64,000 nucleotides of DNA from Octopus vulgaris (taxonomy: Eukaryota), in assembly GCA_951406725.2 (NCBI GenBank), contig OX597821.1, positions 4,588,001-4,652,000 on the forward strand. Reading direction: 5' to 3'. Below are positions 54,861 through 64,000 of this stretch, in pieces. The notes beneath the pieces were generated by a model. The model was not told where the DNA came from. It saw only the letters and a program-made list of their open reading frames with translations, and ran no database searches. How positions within the stretch are numbered: position 1 is the first letter of the stretch; each line of letters starts with the position of its first letter. A program made the position numbers and the translations under genes.

Positions 54861-55389
54861 TTGGATTGTCCGGAAAGTTCATGCCGATTTATAGTAGCTT
54901 AACTTTCGACATATTTTAGAATATGGCTGAGTCCATTAAATAGAATTTAATTACATCTCCATTTAGAGCCCAGTTTAAGCTTTTCGTGGAAAGAGGCTTA
55001 TGTTCCTATACCCTGTGTTAATTCCGTAACCCTTTAAAATGGAAGATAAGTAAGTTCATATTCGGCACTTCAGGCTTTGGCAACCAGACGAAAATCGCTG
55101 CAGCTCGACTGGGATGTGTTATCCCATCCTCCATATTCACCAGATATTGCTCCTTCGGATTTCCACATATTCAGGTCTCTGCAGAATATTCTTAATGGTA
55201 AATTTTCAATACCCTGGATGACGAAAAAAGGCCTTGATGAATTCGTTCTTATTAAACCACCTTAATTCCGGGAAGATTGTATTTTCAAGTTAAATGTTAT
55301 ATATTTTGTTGATTAAAAATGTAATAGCAAGTATTTATTGACCATTTTCGTTCCTTTAAAAATCGGCACGAACTTTCCGACCAACCCAA
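54861..55389 (+). mobile_element. Internally deleted mariner element with both TIRs and TA target duplication
   Basis: TIRs ttggattgtccggaaagttcatgccgattt / aaatcggcacgaactttccgaccaacccaa, flanked by TA. The transposase start MEDK*VHIRH is fused to WDVLSHPPYSPDIAPSDFHIFRSL. Confidence 0.95.
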
Positions 55390-56018
55390 TATATGGCTAG
55401 GTAGGCGGAATACTGGAAGAGAGCTAAAAAAATCAAGTGTCAACCAAGGCAGGCCACAGTGAATAGCACTGGAGATAATTGTCTGTCGCCTAAGTCATAT
55501 CGGGAGTAAATTTAAATAATATGTAATTATATGTAAATAACAATAGATATAGCGGCATATCTAGCCGATTGTGCGACCAAGTGGAACTGCAATTTTGTCC
55601 CCTTCAGCAGGTGTGGAATTTAATGTTGAGGTATATAAAAGGCGTGTCTATTCATGTGTGTGAACCTAGTTATTGTATGTAAGAGGTGCTGTGGTTTGAT
55701 CTGTGGTATATATATATATATGGATGAAACAACATTAATACAGACTCAGTTGTTCAGTGGATCTGAAATTTAGAGATTAAAAGTAAGATAATCATGTTAA
55801 AATATATGTGTGAACCTGCTAAAGTCTAAAATCGCCGACCTCTGTACATTCAACTGAACGCAAACAAGGAAATGAGCCATAGATTTGTGAAATACTAAAT
55901 TTATTACTGTCTATTACCTAATCAATGGCGAACCTGGTGGCAACAGAAGTACTTTGTGTTTTATAAATATAGACAAAAGAATACACACACACACACACAC
56001 ACACAGGCACACACACAC

Positions 56019-56081
<63 letters not shown>

Positions 56082-56349
56082 CATATATATTATATATATA
56101 ATATTAGGGAGTAAATCCAAACTTACAGGGAAAAATTAGATTTAGGATTAAATCTAATTTTACAGTATAAATATAAATTAAATTTGAGATAAAACCACTA
56201 TTAGGCAAATCAAACAGTGAAAAACATAAACCAAAACATAGAAATAAAATTAATTAATATAATATGCAAACTATATATAAATATAAAATTCAAAATTTCA
56301 ATTATTCAAATTTAAACTTTAAAATTTAAAATTACTAATTTAAATTATC

Positions 56350-56390
<41 letters not shown>

Positions 56391-57864
56391 CTCTCTTTTA
56401 CATGTTTCATTATGGTTATATATATATACATACACATATACATATATACATACATTATAGGACAAATATACACAACGTGCATCGGCATGGCCGCAGCTCT
56501 GAGCTGAAACAAAAAAATTAAAAAAAAGGTGTGCGTTTTGCTAGTTCGTGGGTAGGCTGCGCTTATAGGCGTAAGAGAGTATATTCTCATCAATTCGCCT
56601 AGCCTAAAGAATAAGTTCTTTTGTGACCATCCAGAAACATTTAGGTAGAATATTGACTAAGATGCCGAATCAAATTATGAAACGTGGAACTATGGTATTG
56701 CGAAGCGAATTTCTTAGATTTACACCTCTTTTACGCCTATATATAATTTACATTTTATATCGTCACAATTCACTTATATACGTGTGTGTTTGTATGTGTG
56801 CGCGTCTTAGCGTATATGTGTCCGTGTGTACGTGTATTCGTGTTTGTGCGTGTCTCTGTGTCTGAGTCTGCTTCTGTCTCTGTGTGTTTGTGTTTGTGTG
56901 TGTGTGTGTGTAGTGTCCAGTGAAGCCAGAAGACAGAGTTATACACATAACAAACGTCAAACACAAACCACCCACATACAGGACGGAGAGCACATATTCA
57001 TTTAAACCCAGACACATGGAAACAGAAAACGCAAGCTGACGTAGCCACATATATAAAATATATATAGAAATGTGTGTGCGCGTCTGCGTGTGTGTGTGTG
57101 TATGTGGGGGGGGGCGTATGTGTCTCTACCCACTTCAGACACACTATTTAGGAGCAGATAAGTCAATCGATAAAGCAACATCAAACCTACAGATTGTATG
57201 AAGATTTGACCTCGGAAGAAAGAAAGAGTGACACGAAATCATATGAAACTTCACAAAAATAAGTAGCAAAAATATATACTAAAATAAAACAAAAAGGAAA
57301 TTAAATTAAAAAAAAAAACATCATGGATAAAAATACAAGGAAATACAAACAAAACAAAAGTGATACAAATCAAAAATCACAATAAAATCTTGCAAACAAA
57401 CTGTGTGTTTGTATGTGTGTGCAAATGTGTATTGCATGTATGTGGTTTTGTGATCATCATATGGTACGGTGTATGTGTGTGGGTGTACGTGGTTGTCTTC
57501 ACTGTTGTGTCTGTGTAGTATGTGATGTAGCAGTGTATGTAAGTAAATGCGTATGTGACTGTGGCGGCGCATATGCGTTTAAGTTTGTGTACGTGATTGT
57601 GCGTACGCATGTATGTTTGAGTGTGTATATGTAATTGTAGTGATGCATGTGTGTTTCAGTGAGTGGGTGTGATTGTGGCAATGTATGGATGTTTCAGTGT
57701 ATGTGTTTGCGGCGACGTATGTGTGTGTGTAAGTATGTGATTGTGGTGATGTGTGTGCATGCCTACGTGACTGTTTGTGGAGGTGGTTCTATATGATGTG
57801 AGTATACGGTTGCGATGATTTTTGACTCTGCGGCAGTGCTTCACTGCATTGATATATATATATA

Positions 57865-58522
57865 TGCGATGTAATCGACTGGACCCCTCCCCAAAAGTTT
57901 CGGGTCTTGCGCCTAGAGTAGAAAAGGATATATTTATGGGATTAAGGAGGCGAGCTGGCAGAATCGTTAGAACGCCGAGCGGAAAGCTTAGCAGTATTTC
58001 GTCTGCCGAGACGTTCTGAGTTCAAATTCCGCCGAGTTCAACTTTGCCTTTCATCCTTTCGAGGTCGATTAGATAAGTACCAGTTACGCACTGGGGTCGA
58101 TATAATTAACTTAATCCGTTTGTCTGTCCTTGTTTGTCCTCTTTGTACTATCCCTTGTAGGTAGTAAAGAAACAGGTATTTCGTCTATCTTTCCGTTATG
58201 AGTTCAAATTCCGCCGAGGTCGACTCTGCCCTTCAGCCTTTCAGGGTCGATAAATTAAGTACCAGTTACGCACTGGTTTCAATGTAATCGACTTAATCCG
58301 TTTCTCTGTCCTTGTTTGGCCTCTCTGTGTTTTGCCCTTTGTGGGTACTAAAGAAATAGGTATTTCGTCTGTCTTTAAGTTCTGAGTTCAAATTCCGTCG
58401 AGGTCGACTCTGCATTTCAGCCTTTCAGCGCCGAGAAATTAAGTTCCAGTTGCGTCCTGGGATCGATGTAATCGACTGGCCCCTCACCAAAAGTTTTCGG
58501 CCTTGTGCCCAGAGCAGAAAAA
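57865..58522 (+). mobile_element. SINE family B trimer preceded by an extra tail fragment
   Basis: Head at about 57945 and three core units. The tail cgatgtaatcgactgg..ccttgtgcccagagcagaaaa is also present at 57867-57930. Confidence 0.92.
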
Positions 58523-58976
58523 GGTTATGTGAATGTGATTATTCTGGTAATATGTGAATGTACGTTATTGTAATGATATATGTACGTGCGTACATAGTTG
58601 TTAGTAATGTCTGAGTATGTATCTAGTATGGCTGATCTCAAATATGCGTATATAAGAAAGAATGCGTGCAATTGTAATATGATTTACTGTATGCATATAG
58701 TGTGTGTGTGTGTTTGTATGTGTGTGTGTGTTTGTTTGTGTGTGTGTCTGCGTGTGTGTTTTTTTGTGATATGATTATGCGCTTATATATTTGCATTGCA
58801 TTGAGTTGTGTATGCATATGTTTCGGCTACACTGTGTATTTGTGAGGTGATAAATACGGGGAGAGCTGTATTTATACATATTTCTTTTTCTATGGTGTCA
58901 TACTCTATGTCAGTAGTACGTGTGTGTTTATGCGTAGAGCATTCATTATGCTTTGTTATTGTGGTCCTGTGTGTGG

Positions 58977-59135
58977 GGTGTGGCTGTGTGGTAAGTAGCT
59001 TGCTAACCAACCACATGGTTCTGGGTTCAGTCCCACTGCGTGACACCTTGGTCAAGTGTATTCTGCTATAGCCTCGGGCCGACCAAAGCCTTGTGAGTGG
59101 ATTTGGTTGACGGAAACTGAAAGCAGCCTGTCGTA

Positions 59136-59178
<43 letters not shown>

Positions 59179-59400
59179 ATATGTTTGTGGTTCTGTGTTT
59201 GTCCCTCTAGCATTGCTTGACAACCGATGCTGGTGTGTTTACGTACCCGTCACTTAGCGGTTAGGCATAAGAGACCGATAGAATAAGTACTGGGCTTACA
59301 AAGAATAAATCCCGGGGTCGATTTGCTCGATTAAGGCGGTGCTCCAGCATGGCCGCAGTCAAATGACTGAAACAAGTAAAAGAATAAAAGAGTAAAAGAG
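58977..59400 (+). mobile_element. SINE family A, best-preserved copy
   Basis: A-box-like TGGCTGTGTGG, B-box-like GGTTCAGTCC, central (TA)n and a (TAAAAGAG)n tail. Confidence 0.92.
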
Positions 59401-59449
59401 TATATGTACATATATATATATGTGTGTGTGTAGATATAATTTTCTGTTA

Positions 59450-59820
59450 TTATTTTACTCGTGTCAGACATTTTGACAGCGATAGGGCTGTAGCAGCAAC
59501 TTAAAGGGTTTTCTCGAAGGTATCAACCACAGAACTTATTCTTTTTAAGCAGAGTCCCCTTTGCGGAACCACTAAGTTACGGGGACATAAACACACCTAT
59601 ATCGGTGAGGGTAAAACCAGTCATCCACAGATAAATCTATTCAGATATGTATAAACGACGGACTCCTTTACAGTTTCGGTCTATCAAATCTACTCACAAG
59701 GTCTTGGTTTGCCCCATGTTACAGCATAAGATACTTGCTGAAGATGTCACGAAGTGCGACTGAACCCGGAACCATGTGGTTGGTATGCAAACTATTTACC
59801 ACACAGCCACTCCTGCACCT
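59450..59820 (-). mobile_element. SINE family A, diverged, tail-to-tail with the preceding copy
   Basis: ttaccacacagccactcctgcacc is the reverse complement of the head. Confidence 0.8.
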
Positions 59821-59869
59821 ATATATTTATATATGAGTGCGTGTGTGTGTATTATGTATATATATATTG

Positions 59870-60215
59870 TCGAGGCACAATCGTCCAGTGGTTAGGTCAG
59901 CGGACTCGCGGTCATAGGATCACGGTTTCGGATCCCAGACCGGGCGTTGTGAGTGTTTATTGAGCGAAAATACCTACATCTACACAAGGTTCCTGCAGGG
60001 GGTCGTGGAGAACCCTGCTCTATTCTTTCACCACCACTTTCAATCCTTCCTGTTTCTACTGTACCTGCATTTCAAAGTGCCAGTCTTGTCACATTCTGTG
60101 TCAAACGAAATCTCCCCGAGAACTATTGTATACGTCGTTCATTTCACAAGCAGGTTGTTCCGTTGATCGAATCGAACTGGAACCCTTGTCGTCGTAACCG
60201 ACGGAGTGCCACGAT
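59870..60215 (+). mobile_element. tRNA-derived SINE with family C head and a different body
   Basis: The first ~150 bp match 35240-35390, then the sequence diverges. Confidence 0.8.
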
Positions 60216-60219
60216 GGGT

Positions 60220-60320
<101 letters not shown>

Positions 60321-61024
60321 CATATTATATGTATATATATATCTTTGCTCCTATGTTAAATAGTTGTATGTCCAAATTTGGGCAAATGGGTTTTTTATCA
60401 ATGTTAATTTTTACTTGCAATGTCCACTTCTTTTGGTCAAACTATCGTATCTCCCTCTGCTTCCGGTGTCAAGATATCAAAATTTGTGAAAGAGTAATAC
60501 AAATGTTTTGTAGTATGGTGGAAATATTATTCTGTTTTCTGAACAAGCATGTTCATGAGCGCGTGCGTATATATATATATATTCAAATATCTAAGCTTTT
60601 GTATTTCTCTGCGTAGGTTGTGCTATATATGAATTCTCATAAAGAGATGATATATATTCATGGTGCTGTGCGTGGGTGCCATTGCAGGTTCACTTTGTGT
60701 GTGTAGCTGTGTGTGTAACACAATGTGGTATTTGCGAGGTTTATGATATTATGTGTTCAGATGTTATGATGTACATATGTGTGTTGCTATGGATGTGTAT
60801 AGGTCTGTTTTTATATGAGAATGTATCGATAGTTGTGCGGGAGATTCAGTGCTGCACTGTGACTATGTAAGGACACTGGAGTCTGCAGAGGAGTTAAAAG
60901 ACGGCCTGTGATTTACTGATGATTTAGTAGATGCAGGTGGTAATTTGTGATGTCGCTTTGTATATATGTTATCATGTGTGTGGGTCTGTGCGTGATCGAA
61001 TGGTTATGATTTTGTTAGTAAACC

Positions 61025-61119
<95 letters not shown>

Positions 61120-61181
61120 GTATGTATGTATATATATGTATATATATATATAAATATATGTATATATATGTATGTATATAC

Positions 61182-61255
<74 letters not shown>

Positions 61256-62362
61256 ATGCATATGAGATATTTGATTTGTAAAATTTTCAGATAATGATTA
61301 TTTTTCTTTAAAAAGTAACATCCTTTTCATCACTTTGTCTGAGCATCATATTATTACACGGCGGAAACGTGTACTTCTAAATTTACTTGCAATATGACGG
61401 ATAGAAAGAGAGAAAGAAAGTTTAACAGCAGCAGGTATATATATATACATATATATGTTTGTGTGAGTGTGTGTGGGGGGCATGTATGTATGTGTACATG
61501 TATGTATGTGTGCATGTATAATTATATATACTGGATTAATATGTTAACTGTTGAAAAACATATTTTGAATACCTGAGAACAAACTGGTAATTGTTTTTGG
61601 GTAATCTCTTACTTTTAACTAACGTGTGTGCATGCGCGCGTGCGTGTGTACATTATGGCACGTAAAGGTATGTTATATGTTATATATTTCTCTAATTGTG
61701 TGATATCATATAAAACATGCTTCTGTGTTCAGAGACGTTCAAAAAGTGACCGATAGGGATCTTGTCCCTAGAGAAAATTCTTCCCATTCTAGCGCGTAAA
61801 TAATACAAGATGGCCTGCGAACGACACTCTTGGAGTACTGGGTTGTCTGTGAGTTTTACTTGTGATAGATGACGGGGTAAAATAATACCTAAATACATGC
61901 ACCCTACAACCTAAGAATGCCTTTGACAGTTTATCTCGTGTTTTGGCTCATATCAGAGACGCGAATATTCACAGGAGACTAAATACACAGCGGAAAGTCG
62001 TCTCGTGTCCTTTTGCTGTTGAGCATGTTTAATATTAGTTTATTGAAAAATGTCATTCAACGCGGCCTGTTACGGCAGGCTATTTGTAATTCTTCCTAGA
62101 CCAGGCTTTCATCACATAAGCATATATTTCGTATGTTTTTTTAATAAAAACATCATTGCTTACCGCGCTATGAGAGAGACATTTGACTTTCTAGGCTGAC
62201 AAACAGAAACGACAGAGAATATTTAGCCTTCTATGGCCGACTGAAACATTTAAAGTATATCTTGTGTTTCCACACATGACTAAGCGGAGAATTTTCTCCT
62301 GGGACTTGCTGTGCCGCAGACGTTTTTATCCCGTTTATATAGCTAGATGTCTATATAAACGG

Positions 62363-62423
<61 letters not shown>

Positions 62424-62434
62424 GTGCTAGATAT

Positions 62435-62523
<89 letters not shown>
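62363..62523. repeat. (GATA)n microsatellite
   Basis: Direct reading. Another lies at 27678-27780. Confidence 0.98.
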
Positions 62524-63828
62524 CACATAGACACATAGAGCGATAGATAGATTTATTATATTTCTACGTAGATTACACAGACGCATAAGCTCTGTGCCTG
62601 CTTACAAATTCAGTCGTTATTGCGATTTCTTTGGCAAAACTTTGAAATGCTGTTTGGTACAGGGGATATTTCGTCCCAGGGACTGGTATAGTCATATTGC
62701 TCACCTTAATGTCTTTTTATTATAAGCACATAAAAATATATGTGGTGCATGTGTGCGTTTGTATATGTATGTGTACGTGTTGTCTGAAGCAATTTCACGT
62801 GTAGAAATACACAAAAACTGCATCAAAATGAAAAGCTCGAACATAAAATTTTTCATTTTTTCTCTCACTCAATGTATAACACAATACCTGTATCTTATTC
62901 ACACATTCGCGTGCATATATTTCACAATGTGTGTTTTTTTTAATATTTTTATTGCACGGTGTTTCATGTCGGTGTTTCAGTGTTAATGTGCGAATGTATG
63001 TGGTGATATATGTGGGAAGTGTTATATGTAAGCGATATGTGTGTGTGTAGAAAACCATTAATATGATCGAAAAAGCTAGCACAAGTAGTAAAATGCAGGA
63101 ACGAGGGAATACTTTAAAGAAAGATATGAATGAAATACTACTGAACATATAACGTCAAATACACATTGTCTCACGTTGTCTGTAGACATATATGCACTTC
63201 TATAAACTAATATTTTAAACACACATGCGCTCACACGCAAGACGAAAAATAAAAGGAAAAAAAAACTCAATGTATTGCAATCTTTCACACTCAGGCGCAT
63301 AAAATGCATGCCTGCACTCAAACATCGTAAAGGCTCAAACTAGGCGCCATATTTATTCTACTTCGCTATCCAAATACAAACGAACTTTTGAATAGATTAA
63401 AAAGGAAAAATGAAACAAACAAACAAACAAGCACGCGCAAGCTTATAGCCTCAGAATATCTCACACAACCGCAACTGGAATTATATATGCACCTCCATGT
63501 AGACATATGCTGAAAAGAGTCATGAATACGCAGAGTTACATGGACAATGAAATAATTGGAAGAAAAGAGAAGAAAAAAACAAGGGAAGCAATAGAGAGAG
63601 ACTAGCTGTGACGCAAATGCAGTGCGGAAAAAGTAAGAATGAAACTAGAATGCAAGTATACGGCAATCACAAATGTACAGACGAAGACACAAACACACGA
63701 ACATCCGAGCAAAACAACATACCTATATACGCAATTACACACACACACACACAAACACATTAAGACGTGAATACATAGACGCCAGTGAACTTATAACAGC
63801 GTATGTATATACGAGCATATACACATGC

Positions 63829-63878
<50 letters not shown>

Positions 63879-63906
63879 ATGAATGTATGTATACCATATG
63901 TATATG

Positions 63907-63939
<33 letters not shown>

Positions 63940-64000
63940 GATTGTGTACATACATACATACATACGTATACGGAAGAGCCTACACCTCTACACTCCAAAG

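Overview
AT-rich, microsatellite-dense eukaryotic DNA. The repeat content resembles a cephalopod (octopus-like) genome; this is inference, not a database result. No host protein-coding gene can be supported, and almost all track ORFs are artefacts of (TA)n, (TG)n, (ATT)n or (ATAG)n repeats. The window holds decayed mobile elements: two R4/Dong-like RLE LINE remnants plus a 3' RLE fragment, a HERO-like LINE 3' half, two RTE LINEs, a Penelope-like RT/GIY-YIG remnant, a degenerate Ty3/gypsy internal region split by a SINE, an internally deleted mariner, a Tc2-like end, a head-to-tail array of four non-autonomous Helitrons, and at least three tRNA-derived SINE families. The most notable signal is a set of type I hammerhead ribozyme motifs in short non-coding elements next to (TA)n tracts. 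Three have complete cores (13037-13102, 32779-32864, 49477-49550) and several more are degenerate. They come from several sequence-unrelated families, some in fold-back arrangements and one fused to a tRNA-type SINE head. This suggests a non-autonomous, Penelope-dependent, retrozyme-like system.
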